A stretch of DNA of 64,000 nucleotides from Podarcis melisellensis (taxonomy: Eukaryota). The notes under the pieces are model-generated. The model searched no databases. It was not told where the DNA came from and saw nothing but the letters and a program-made list of their open reading frames with translations. The translations under genes and the position numbers were made by a program. The DNA is taken from assembly GCA_964234715.1 (NCBI GenBank), contig OZ174277.1. The stretch is one strand, 5' to 3'. Shown here in pieces: positions 1 to 61,933 of the stretch (within the stretch, counting starts at the first letter, position 1; the number at the start of each line of letters is the position of its first letter).

Positions 1-882
1 TTGAAGGTTTTGTTATTTCAGAGAGACATGTGTCCCTATTAACTTCTGACTGAATCAAGGCAAATGGCTGGTGACTTTCTAACATTTCTCGATAAAAAGA
101 TCAGAGGAGCTGACCTCCATTTTTCTTCCCTACGAAGACAATACTAGCCCAACTCGAAGGCTAATGAACACACATGCAGCGGACACATTCAGCCATGTCA
201 TCAAGCACAGAAAAGACATTAGTTGTGTCATTAATAGCCCTTAATCTTCTTTTCAAGAGCCCCTGGGGCCTGAAAGCTTATTAATAGTGAGTGAGCAGCA
301 AAATGCTTCCTAATTCCCACCTTCACCACTGAGTTGGAGAGCAGCAGAGTTGAGGTTGAACAAAATGGCTGAGTGATAACCTTGCAAGGCAGGCACAGGG
401 TTTTGCAATACAAATACCACTTCCTACTTAAAAGGGGAACCTTCTGTTATGTTCCCAGGTACAAGTTGCAGCATGTACAGGTGGGAATGGGAACATCCCC
501 TGCCTGACAACCTGGAGAGATGCAGCCAATCACTGTAGACCATACTGGACTAGATGGACCAATGGTCTGACCAGTTATGTTGGCTTCCCATGTCCCTAAT
601 TGTTCTATAATCTCTTCCTTCTAAGCAACCCTTACACCCATCATTTAATTCTATCTTCATCAGGAACACAATGGTAAATGAGTTTCGTTTATATATTGCC
701 TTAAATTAAGCTGACCTCAAGCCAGTGCAAACAGAGTGCAGCACCATTAAAATTCTCAGTAATTTTTTTTTTTTACAAAGAACACAGTGATGATAATATT
801 ACTCTGGTTCCAGGCAGGAACATTTCCATTTTTAATTTATTTTTTTTAGAAACGTTGGGTTTCTGATCTTCTAAATGCATAC

Positions 883-50168
<49,286 letters not shown>

Positions 50169-52126
50169 CTATAAATAAAGGAAAATAAGAAGCTTTAGTA
50201 TTTATAAGAAATCAGCTCATTTAAATGGCTACCAGAAAAAAACACAAAAACCCTTACATAATGCAGTAATATACTGACCAGCTATTGTTATAATTTAAAT
50301 ATATTTATATAGAATGTTCATTAGAGGATCTGGTTAGCACACTCCATTATCCTCAGGAAAAAAGGAGGTGAGTGTTATCCAGCATGCAAAGCAGATTAAT
50401 TTGTATTATTAATATTGCCTTAATAGTCCCAACATGAGCCGTATTGTTAGCATTCCTACAATTTTGATCTAATATGGAAATTTCCAATAGAAATCTGGAC
50501 TTCTATGTAGCTGACGTAGCAAACAGGCCAGTATATTAATAGCAACATTAACAACAGACTTCCATTGGGTTTTATATGATTTATTTTATTAGAACACCTG
50601 ACCATATTAACTTGCTGCCTGCTGTGATCCAACGAAGCAGACACAGCTTTCAATAATGCCATGTTTTCAACCAAGGCAACATATTCATGAGCTTCCAAAA
50701 GCATCATGAACGCCCTATCAAAGAAATTAAAAGATGCTCTAATGATCTTGCCTCTAAGCATGAATAGTAAAATAATGCAAGGCTACCAAAAGCCAGTGTA
50801 AGTGAAGCAGAGCAGGCAAATCAGTAGTTTAATTCTCAGAAGAGTGACAAATCTTCATTTGGTCTAGAACACCACCAACCCATTTCCACAATACACTGCA
50901 AACAATGCCAGTGTTGTGTCGACGAAGCTTATTTTGTGCCTCACGGAAGTCCCTAGAGGTTTGTTGAAGTGCCCTTTAAACAATCTCTACTATCTACAAG
51001 CTCTGTTTTCATCCATCTGATGAAAGTAATAGCTGAAAAACTGAGTTGCTCAGTGAAATATATTAGTGAAATATATCTTGCATGATTTCCATTCCTTAAA
51101 TATGTTAGGTGTACCTCAAAAACTAAAATACTTCCAAGAATAAGGCAGACTTTTCATAAGAAACCCTCTGCACACAAACACATACATATAAACTTGTATT
51201 ACTGTCACCAAACTCAAAATATAGAGAAAATACATAATTTGGCATGTGTTCAGTTGTTTAAATGATTTGTGAATTCAAAGGATTTAGGATTCGGGGGGAA
51301 ACAACCCAGCAATGACATTGTATATGTATATGTACTTTCACATGTTTATAATATAAAACATCACTGTAACCAGCAAAATTCATGTCAAACTGTCAAAGAT
51401 GACAGCAGTATACATGCTTTGTTTTGTTCTTCACAGGATACATTAAGCATTTAAGTCACGCTGAAACCCTGCTGGGTTATGTATTTCTGTACAGTACACT
51501 GAATAATTAACTTTACTACAAAACAAAAGGAAACACACACACACAAAACTGGAGTTTCCAACCAAAGCTACCCAGACAGCCTTGTAAAATATGCCCTGTT
51601 CTTTCCTTTGTCTGTTTTCACTTTTAAAAATAATAATTTTAAACATGAGCATTTCCTCCAGTGATTTCAGTGGAATTGTTCCTTTGCGGGAGCGGGGTAA
51701 TTGAGTGGTGACTAAGTAAAGCTTTTAAATGTCTTAATGGGGCTTGTTTTTTGTGTTTCACTCCTCTTGTGTGAAGAGCATTTCCCTTTAGTCCTTTCAG
51801 TGCCTTCGCTCCTTCCCAGCACCTGCAAATAATTTTCAAGGAAGCTCACGCTATGCATTTCATCTTCTGCTTTAAGTCTAAAAGCATATGGATGCTTCCT
51901 TTTTAACTCTAATAAAAAGCATGGCAAGATGTTTTCGGTTCCTATGTCTCTTTTGTTCTCCAAGTGTCAGAAACAATGATTCTTAAAATGGCTTCTGGTG
52001 ATGTCTTGTAGGACAGCCATGTTCACTGAGGTACCACACTCCTCCATTTTCTTTTAAACTGGAAGGAATACGTCTTTTGAACATTCAAATATCAAGTCAA
52101 ACCTGATGTTAGTTATAACATCTGGA

Positions 52127-52161
<35 letters not shown>

Positions 52162-52610
52162 TTTGCACAGTGCAGTCCCTTCACCTGCTGCAAACAGATC
52201 TATCACACTTCCCAGCCAGGGATCTGTAGGATAGCATATTATTTATTACATAATAATAATGTGATTAACAGTGATAATAAGGTGATTAACATTGGTTTTA
52301 ACAAACAATGTTAACTTCCTTGGCTTGGCTTGGGTCTCAGCAAACAACACACATTTCCCTCCTTCCCAAGCCAAATTCCAAAATCTGGACCCTGTGGAAC
52401 ACCTGATGACAGCAACTGGAACATGATAGATTCTGAAGGATTCATCTCAGCCACTGGAAGCTCACAAGCCCCTGCACCCTTCTTCAACTCACTTCCATTA
52501 TCATTTCCTCAGAGATGTGGAAATGGAAGTATCACCAGAGGCCTCTCTGAGAAATGTCCATTTCCCCCGCTCCCACAAACTGTGATTCCTTGAGAGCTGT
52601 AAAGTCAATA

Positions 52611-52825
52611 CAGTGGTACCTCAGGTTAAGAACTTAATTCGTTCTGCAGGTCTGTTCTTAACCTGAAACTGTTCTTAACCTGAGGTACCACTTTAGCTAA
52701 TGTGGCCTCCCGCTGCCGCTACGTGATTTCTGTTCTCATCCTGAAGCAAAGTTATTAACTCGAGGTACTATTTCTGGGTTAGCGGAGTCTGTAACCTGAC
52801 GCGTCTGTAACCCGAGGTACCACTG
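52611..52825 (+). mobile_element. Family-A MITE
   Basis: TIRs and TA TSD; small internal deletion. Confidence 0.9.
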
Positions 52826-53167
52826 TATTCCAAAGAAATGGGCGCTGGAAACTGGCACTTTTTGGAGCATCTGACTCCTTAGTATGAATATCAAGGACTC
52901 CAGAAACTGTATGTTCCAGGGTTCTGTGCATCTGGGATGCTGCTGAGCATGCTCATAACAGCAACCTCGGCACAAAGGAATGCTGTTTATGGATCCTGAA
53001 AATTACAGATGACTCCAGTGCCCTGGAAAACCACATTCCACAGGGCCCCAAAGACCAGTGATGTGCCCCCCCAAGACTTCAAAGCACCAGAAGACAGAGA
53101 TGTGTGCATTGAAGAAAAATTTCCTGAGGAAATGTAATGCAATGTAGTGAAGTACTATGATCTGGAC

Positions 53168-53303
53168 CACGCATAGGTAAACTCAGCCCTCCAGATGCTT
53201 TGGGACTACAACTTCCATCATCCCTAGCTAACAGGACCAGTGGTCAGGGATGATGGGAATTGTAGTCCCAAAACATCTGGAGGGTCGAGTTTGCCTATGC
53301 CTG
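53168..53303. mobile_element. Palindromic hAT (Charlie-like) MITE
   Basis: Near-perfect inverted repeat; perfect 8-bp TSD ATCTGGAC; decayed relatives at ~12235-12335, 14225-14330, 27025-27140, 62280-62420. Confidence 0.85.
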
Positions 53304-53459
53304 ATCTGGACATATTCCTATTCCAAGCTACTGCATTTGAATGTTACAACAACTCTATTTGCAGTGGAGAAAAAGAAATATTATTTAACTCACAGTGCCC
53401 TACATTTATTATAGATGTGAAGTTTAAAGTTTCATTTAACACCTGATTAACATTAATAA

Positions 53460-53828
53460 GGGAGGCGGGTGGCGCTGTGGTGTAAACCACTGAGCCTTGG
53501 GCTTGCCGATCAGAAGATCAGCGGTTTGAAGCCCCGCAACAGGGTGAGCTCCCTTTGTTCGGTCCCAGCTGCTGCCAACCTAGCAGTTCGAAAGCACGTC
53601 CAAGTGCAAGTAGATAAATAGGTACCGCTCCAGTGGGAAGGTAAACAGTGTTTCCGTGCGCTGCTCTGATTTCGCCAGAAGTGGCTTAGTCATGCTGGCC
53701 ACATGACCCGGAAAAACTGTCTGTGGACAAACGTCGGCTCCCTTGGCCAGTAAAGCGAATTGAGCACCATAACCCCAGAGTCGTTCATGACTGGACTTAA
53801 CTGTCAGGAGTCCTTTACCATTCCCTTT
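53460..53828 (+). mobile_element. Sauria SINE (older, divergent subfamily)
   Basis: Colinear with 60459-60808 plus a small internal insertion. Confidence 0.88.
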
Positions 53829-55283
53829 TTAAAATTAATAAAGATATGGCAGCGGAGAGTGTCCATTCATATCAAAGATGCATTGCTCAATTTCTTCCTA
53901 TTTCAGTTGGTGAGTAAACCTTTTAATACTGCCCAACATTTCAATTACCCAGGTTTTATTTTATAAGAAATATAGAAATGTATCAGAGCTTAAGAATGTC
54001 CCATTTAGAAACACATTCAACCAGCTTTTATTCAGAGCAGCACCCACTAAAGTTAACGGGCCTAAAGTCGTCACGTTCACCAATTTCAATAAGTCTACTT
54101 TGAATACAACTTACCTGAATCCCACTCCTAGGGAGGAATTCACCATAGTACATGTCAATCATTCTGTTGGTGCAAGCTTTTCACCTTGCCAAGCAAGTCA
54201 ACCCCCACTCTCCTCCCACTGGGTGCTATTCTGTGCGCTCTCCCGCCGCCACCCCCCCAAAGCCAATTTTGGGGGTCCATGGGGGAAGGAAGGAAACTTC
54301 ATTGCATTAGTGGAACTCCTTGTACAGGCTTCTGTTGGCAGGCCTAATTAGTTGAATCCCACCCCCAGGGTTGTATTCAACTCAGTCCTACTCAGTCCTA
54401 CTCAGTCCATGAAAATAATGAAGCTACATTACTAGGACAAGCATTGAGCACCACCCTTACTCAGAAGGAAAATTGCCCTGAGCCTTTCCCTCCCCTGCTA
54501 ACACTCAGTCTACACCCAGACATGTCTAAGTTACACGCCAGACAGATAGACCATTACAATGAGTCACAATATTGTTTCATTTCTTTACAGGGTTCATTTG
54601 ACACTATTTTTACAACCACCAACATAACCAATTTGCATTGTGCATCCTGATTTTTATATCTGTGAGGCACTTCAAACAAACCCAGAAAATAACCATGAGT
54701 TATACAGATTGGCACAAGCAGGTGTAGTGATTTATTTTTAGCTGCCAATTAAGTGACTAGATTTCAGGTTGAGGGTGCTCCTGTAAGCAGTTCTGGTTAA
54801 TTAGCCATAATTAGAAGTTATAGTCTCCACAGCAACCTCAGCTCCGGCACACATCGAGAAGATATTTTAAGTGATCCATTGAGCCGGGTATTCCAAGTGC
54901 AAAGACTCTGAAACTCGAACTCAGAAGTAGTAAGCAGAAAACTAAGAGCAGTGTCCAGCCACTGATGGGAGGCTTTCATCCAGTGGAGGCTCTGACAATA
55001 GATAATTTTTGCCAATACCCTCTTCCTCTCAGCAGTTCTCCATGCCACCTTCCACACCAGGTCACAAAGCTCACATGTAGGGTCAAAGCAGACAGCAGAC
55101 CAGACCTTGGACAGCTCCTGAAGCTCTCCCCTTCTAAGGTAGGTACAAGAATTTGCAGTGGGGAGCTACAGAGCCAACTGTGGGCAGATAAGGATGAGTG
55201 CTGTAGGCTGCACTTCACTGGAGGAACTGGTTGGGTGGCTAAAGGGTCCTTGCCTTATTTAGCAGTCTTCTAACTTCTGCAAG

Positions 55284-55768
55284 CAGAGACATCACCTTGC
55301 CAACAAAGGCCCGTATAGTTAAAGCTATAGTTTTCCCAGTAGTGATGTATGGAAGTGAGAGCTGGACCATAAAGAAGGCTGATCGCCGAAGAATTGATGC
55401 TTTTGAATTATGGTGCTGGAGGAGACTCTTGAGAGTCCCGTGGACTGCAAGAAGATCAAACCTATCCATTCTGAAGGAAATCAGCCCTGAGTGCTCACTG
55501 GAAGGACAGATCCTGAAGCTGAGGCTCCAATACTTTGGCCACCTCATGAGAAGAGAAGACTTCCTGGAAAAGACCCTGATGTTGGGAAAGATGGAGGGCA
55601 CAAGGAGAAGGGGACGACAGAGGACGAGATGGTTGGATAGTGTTCTCGAAGCTAAGAACATGAGTTTGACCAAACTGCGGGAGGCAGTGTAAGACAGGAG
55701 TGCCTGGCGTGCTCTGGCCCATGGGGTCACGAAGAGTCGGACACAACTAAACGACTAAACAACAACAA
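55284..55768 (+). mobile_element. BovB (RTE) LINE, 5'-truncated
   Basis: Open frame ..KAIVFPVVMYGSESWTIKKADRRRIDAFELWCWRRLLRVPWTARRSN.., (CAA)n tail, 13-bp TSD TAACTTCTGCAAG (55271-55283 / 55769-55781). Confidence 0.93.
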
Positions 55769-56729
55769 TAACTTCTGCAAGGCTGGGGAAATAAGACTAC
55801 TGTAGGAGACAGATCTCTGAGTCAGAGGATGGAGGCAGGACTGAATCCTCCTTCTTGGCTTCTGCCCAGTGAAACTACCTTTACCTCTTCTGAGTCCTCC
55901 AACATGCACAGCAAGGCCCCCAGCTTGTGAGTCATCATGAGAGGCATTTGAAATACATATTTTATCTCAATGTATGTACACATTTATAAACATACTTTAT
56001 AAGCAATTTTAAAAACATGTTTGGTTTTTTTTTTAAATGGAGAACTACATTGAAAAATTCAGAGAATTGCAAAACCCTGCGGATTATGAATTGCATTCCA
56101 ATGTACACAACAGCCGGGGAGGTGGGCGGATCAGGCCCATTTGCATAGGAATACATGGAAATTAAGTTCCTCAAAGGTTCCCAAGTGCACAGATAAGCAG
56201 TGCAGAAACATGCTAGAGCTTAATGTTCAGCAAATAAAGCATTTCTCTCTAAGAACAATGTTAACAACACTTGCGGGCCCTATAAAACATTTGCTGCACC
56301 CAGGTTGACAATTACCTACTGTGCATCAGTCAAGCATATCATCACGTGGTTTCACTGCACAAAGAATCTCCCTTGTCCTCTTCAAGAACCATATCCAGGT
56401 ACTTTTAAAAATCCAACAAAGGATTTTAGCACACTGAAAGCTATATAGAAGAAGAGGGACAGAAGGACAGAAGAGGGAACAGAGGAAAGTTAACTTTTTA
56501 TTTAAGATTATAACTTGACTTCATCCTAGCAGAGCAGAAACATGAGAGGTTTCACTGAACTGCTATAAATAGTAAGGATAACATGGCACTGAAAATATCC
56601 ATATGTTGATAAGCTAAAGATATCAAACTCTGGATAGGAACTTCCTTATATGGCCACTGTCATGTATATCCACGCTGCTCCCCAAGATATACCATTGACA
56701 TACATGAAACAACAACAATAAAACCAATA

Positions 56730-57189
56730 CAGTGGTACCTTGGTTCCCAAACGCCTTGGTACTCAAACACTGCAAACCCAGACGTAAGTGTTCCGGTTTG
56801 CGAACTTTTTTTGGAAGCCGAACATGCTCCGTTTTGAGTGTTACGCTTCCAGTTTGAGTGCCACACTTCTGTTTTGAGTGTTAAGCTGAGGTCTGTCTGT
56901 TTTAGGCTCTTTTTGTTTTGTTTTTGTGACTTTGTGGAAACCAGTTCAGCTACTGATTAATTGTATGACTGCAGTTCATTGTTTATTGCTCTCATTTTAT
57001 GGATCAATGATCTCGTTAGATAGTAAAATTCATGTTAAATTGCTGTTTAAGGGGTTGTTTTTAAAAGTCTGGAATGGATCAATCCATTTTGCATTACTTT
57101 CTATGGGAAAGCGTGCCTTGGTTTTCGAACGCTTTGGTTTTGGAACAGACTTCCCAAATGGATTAAGTTTGAGAACCAAGGTACCACTG
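56730..57189. mobile_element. 460-bp Tigger-like non-autonomous element
   Basis: CAGTGGTACCTTGGTTC / GAACCAAGGTACCACTG, TA TSD. Confidence 0.85.
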
Positions 57190-58280
57190 TACTAGATTTG
57201 CATTGTTACTTACCTATCCATTGATATATATATATTTTAAAAAAAAACCCAAACCCACTCAAGGTTCAAATTGTTCATTTTATGTTTTTAGTCAATACCA
57301 ATTACTGAGTAACACTGAAATCCTAGCTATGTCTACTCAGAGGTAAGTTCTGCAGAATTCCATAAGGTTTATTCCCAGGTAAGTGGGGTTAGGGTTGCAA
57401 CCTAAAACTCTTTACAGCCCCAAAGGAGAAGTCAACATGCATCTTGGAAAATTTGCCCCATTATTTGCTTTCAAATGGGAAATCTGGCGATTGCTAGACG
57501 TAATGCCATCTCACTGATACAAGGCCTTGCCCCTCACAATACGTAAAACAAACTTCTCGAACAGCAGGCAGAGTCTAAGCTCCACCTGCGCCATGCAAGA
57601 CGCCATCATACTAGACAAAACTCTATGAATCTGGCAAGAATCTCTCTGGGGAATTATAGCAGACAATTCTTCTACATTAAAATTTTATTTTGTCACTTTG
57701 CTAAATGCACATTTTACAAGACACCTTTGCCAATAATAGATAAATAAAAATACTATTGAAATATTGTTGATCCATTCCACCAATCTAGTTAATTTTGTCT
57801 ATACATGATATATAGATATAGTCACATACACACAAAGTGAGAAAATTGATTAAAAATGGGTTTTGCTGCATTATTATGTTTCTCTCATCTATCAGGTGTC
57901 TTCCCCTCCCATAACCCAATACTTTCCTTCATTTTCCTGGGCCTGTCCTTTCTCCTACAAAATATTTTTTGCTAGGTAATTGAAACATACTAGCTGGAAA
58001 GTCATAGCCATGTCAGCAAACTGCCTATGAAGTCTGTGTCTAGCCACACAGAAGATGCTAAGTAATTGGAGGGGATGAATTAAAAGCAAGGCGAAGCCAC
58101 CAAACAGAAGCCCTGGCTTAACAGACCTCAATGAAAAAAGTAAGGCAACATAACAGCACGTACACCTGAGCTAACAGATCCCAGGAAGACAAAAGACCAT
58201 TCCATTATTTTAAAAATGCTCCCTTATCCATTTGCCTTCCCAACTTGATGTTGGAAGCAGAACAGCAAGGATCAAGTCAT

Positions 58281-58281
<1 letters not shown>

Positions 58282-58328
<47 letters not shown>

Positions 58329-58909
58329 TTTTTATTTATACCCCGCCCTTCCCGGTTCAGAAACCCGGGCACAGGGTGGCTAACAACAAATTTAAAACAC
58401 TTAATCGTAATACAACAGAAAAGCAGCATAAAATACAGTAAGAAAGCATGAATAACAATAAAATTCAAAGTACAAAAGTCAATTTGAGGGAAATCCATCC
58501 AATAAACATTAGATAGGTCACCAGGGCTAGCTGGCTAAATTCGACCTACTTGGGCCAGCGAGGAGGTCAGGGGAAAATTAGCTGTGGGGTCCCAGAGCGG
58601 GTAATCTTCATAAAAAGGGGGGGAGGGAGGAAGATAAGGGAAATAAAAGATCAGGCTGAGTTCAAATTGAAGGCCAGGTGGAATAGCTCTGTCTTACAGG
58701 CCAAGCGGAAGGAGGTTAAATCCTGCAGGGCCCTGGTCTCATGGGACAGAGCATTCCACCAGGTCAGAGCCATCACTGAGAAGGCCCTGGCGCAGGCTAG
58801 TCTGACTTCCTTAGGGCCCGGGACCTCTAAACTATGGTTATTCGTGGACCTTAAAGTCCTCTGCGGGGCATACCAGGAGAGACAGTGCCGTAAATACGAG
58901 GGCCCTAAG
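58282..58909 (-). mobile_element. L2-clade LINE 3' fragment with (TTA)n tail
   Basis: (TAA)n at 58282-58326; reverse complement contains cagggccttctcagtgatggctctgacctggtggaatgctct (RAFSVMALTWWNAL). Confidence 0.75.
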
Positions 58910-59526
58910 CTCTCATATTACATTACATTTGTAATGTAATACCCGATGCCTTATCCTCTGGGGTCTGTCATGCCAACAACAGTCTGGGCATGAGAGCTAC
59001 TACATAGATATTCCAAGAAAAATGAGTTTCTCATAGTGGTAGAACTTCAAGGGCCTCTTTCACGGTATCAGTGGTTACACCAGAATCTATCATTATGGTT
59101 ATCACAATTATATTTATTTATCTATCTCATTTATAAATCACTTCCCATGAGGCATCCCAAAGCCTGTCTCCAATATAATAAAAACATATCTAAAACAGTT
59201 ACATATTATAAAAACATTTTTTTAACCTATCTCTAGCCTAGATGAACACTGTGGCACCTAGCACTAAAAATCTAAGTCAAAATGAATCAATCAATTAAGT
59301 AACTTGTATCAGACCTATTTAGGCTTTCGTTATTTTACAATGAGTCACAATGCCCTCCCCAATGCACCCTTAGCTTCCCCTTCCCTTAAAATTCCAGCCC
59401 TAGGCCCTGCTATGCTGCCGCAAAAATGAAGGCCACAGAAGCTGAGCTCAGAAAATTATATGAAATGGTGGCAATTTATACTGTTATGGAATATATTGCA
59501 CATGATGCGCCATCATGTGAACAGTA

Positions 59527-59752
59527 CAGTGGTACCTCGGGTTACCTACGCTTCAGGTTACAGACTCCGCTAACACAGAAATAGTACCTTGGGTTAAGAA
59601 CTTTGCTTCAGGATGAGAACAGAAATCGTGCTCCGGTGGTGCGGCAGCAGCAGGAGGCCCCATTAGTTAAAGTGGTGCTTCAGGTTAAGAACAGTTTCAG
59701 GTTAAGAACTGTCCTCCGGAACGAATTAAGTACTTAACCCGAGGTACCACTG
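59527..59752 (-). mobile_element. Family-A MITE, inverted; inferred donor for the 32.5-kb chimera
   Basis: TIRs, TA TSD; private variant TTTCTGTGTTAGC shared only with 32695-32706. Confidence 0.9.
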
Positions 59753-60458
59753 TACCACGTAACATTTGCGTGGAGGTTGGTGGAAGCCATTGTTATCAGT
59801 CTTACCCGTCCTTAAACCTTTCCCCTACCCTTATCACTAAAGCAGCGGCTTGCTAGTTAAAAGCAATTAGGTGATTCCCACCCCTCAACTGTTACTAGAT
59901 CAGCGACAACAATAAGAGTCATTCTCCTTGTCTGATAAGAAGAGCTGAGGCTCAAACCAGAGCACCATTTCAAATTTAGATAAGAGATAGTATCATTTAG
60001 CCATTTAGTGTGTAAACCAAAGATACAGGCAACTGCAGAGGCATGATCACATGTGGTCTGAAACCATGGCCCAGTTCACACATCACATTAAACCGTAATT
60101 ACAAAAACTATGTATTTTTTAATGCGTACAAGCAGCATGGTGGCGCATGCTGCCGCTCCTCCCTGTTGCACTGCCAGGAAACAAGTCAAAAGTCTGGCAC
60201 GCCATGACAGGCTCATGGCTTGTTTCCCCCAAACTATCCACAAGCAGTAAGCCAAGAACAAACTTATTGGGGGGGGGGGGAGTGTTCCTTGAAGAGAAAC
60301 AAACCATGAGCAAAAGGTTCAGATCTCGTGGCAAGCCAGACTTGGCCTTGTTTCCTGAAGGTGCAGCAACAGCAGGAAAGGAGAGGAGGGAGAGCTTTTC
60401 ACCAGTACGCACCACCATGCTGCATTTTTATGTCGTTTCTAACTATCTTTTATTTTAT

Positions 60459-60808
60459 GGGACGCGGGTGGTGCTGTGGGTTAAACCACAGAGTCTAGGA
60501 CTTGCCGATCAGAAGGTCGTGGTTCGAATCCCCGTGACAGGGTGAGGTCCCGTTCCTCGGTCCCTGCTCCTGCCAACCTAGCAGTTCGAAAGCACATCAA
60601 AGTGCAAGTAGATAAATAGGTACCGCTCCAGCGGAAAGGTAAACGGTGTTTCCGTGCACTGCTCTGGTTCGCCAGAAGCGGCTTAGTCATGCTGGCCACA
60701 TGACCCTGAAGCTGTACGCCGGCTCCCTCGGCCAATAAAGCGAGATGAGCGCCGCAACCCCAGAGTCAGTCACGACTGGACCTAATGGTCAGGGGTCCCT
60801 TTACCTTT
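60459..60808 (+). mobile_element. Sauria SINE (full length, young)
   Basis: GGGACGCGGGTGG head, CCTTTACCTTT tail, 12-bp TSD AACTATCTTTTA (60441-60452 / 60809-60820). Confidence 0.92.
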
Positions 60809-61576
60809 AACTATCTTTTAATGCGGTATATGAACCTAAGATTGCCATATTTGTGTGTGTAAAGGAAATTCTGGACCTACAGCAACCCTAAGAACCAGGC
60901 CAATGTGTTGGGGCAAAGAAGGAGCTCAACCACCTAATCAAAACGGTTAAAGGCCTCAAATGTAGGACGGGGAAATGCCGTTGAGTTAAAGTCACCAATC
61001 TTTGGACAGCCTCTCACCAATCAGTGTTGACGTTCTCTATACAAACAAATATAAATCAACCGCAGCATGCTTCTGACTACACACTGCTGGCTTTGTGAGC
61101 AAAGTTTTAATGAAAACAGCCTTAAGCACCTGAGACAAATTCATCAATAGCTTGTCCACATAGATTCTTTCTAGTCATCAATCTACCGCCTTCATATTTC
61201 CCTGGCTTCCTGCTTTCTTCTGCCTGCTAGCAATGACCTCTGAAACCTGGTACGGTTCTAAGATTAAGATATGAAAGTCTCACCCCACTTCACTGCTACT
61301 CTGAGATAAGCAAGGTTAACAGGCTTGACTACTACAACGCTGTATTTATTGCTTGCGAACGTACAAATTGTGACAGACCAAACAAGCAGAAAACAGGAGG
61401 TTTACTGTGATTGGGGGTGGAATATAACACACGTGCAAGACACTTTTCTTATTTAGTGTATGACTCAGTGTTTGGGTTTGGAATTACTGGTGATTGATTG
61501 CATGATCATAGCAGCATTGGCGCTAGGCACTTCTTGAGTCAAGAGTACTTACATCAATGGCATAAGCCTTATTAGA

Positions 61577-61933
61577 AGAGACTAAGAGGAGATACGATAG
61601 CCATTTTCAAATATCTAAACAGCTATCACATGGGAAATAAGACCAAGCTTGCTTTCTCCTGCTCTGGAACATAGAACCCAAACCTATGGATCCAAGATAC
61701 AATGAAGGAGTTTCCAACTAAACATCAGGAAGAGTTTTCTGACAGCAAGAGCTGTTCAACCGTGCAGCAGAATCCCACAAGAGGTGGTGGACTCTCCTTC
61801 CTTCAAGGCTTTTAAAGCAGAATTTGGATGGCCATCTGTCTTGTATGATCTAGTTGAGATTCCTGCATTTCAGGGGATTGCACTAGATGACCCTCAGAGT
61901 CCCTTCCAACTCAACAATTCTGTGATTCTATGA
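61577..61933 (+). mobile_element. CR1 LINE 3' fragment (degenerate)
   Basis: Colinear with the 29948 copy; ends caattctgtgattctatga. Confidence 0.85.

Noticed and set aside
54381-54410. (CTCAGTCCTA)x3, and ATGGATCGCTATG x2 near 20696
   Set aside because: Simple slippage duplications inside decayed repeats with no sign of function.
55239-55730. 163-aa minus-strand ORF as a nested gene
   Set aside because: It is the antisense frame of the BovB fragment bounded by TSDs.
60459-60540. tRNA gene
   Set aside because: The A/B-box sequence is the tRNA-derived head of a Sauria SINE, continuing into SINE body and tail with a TSD.
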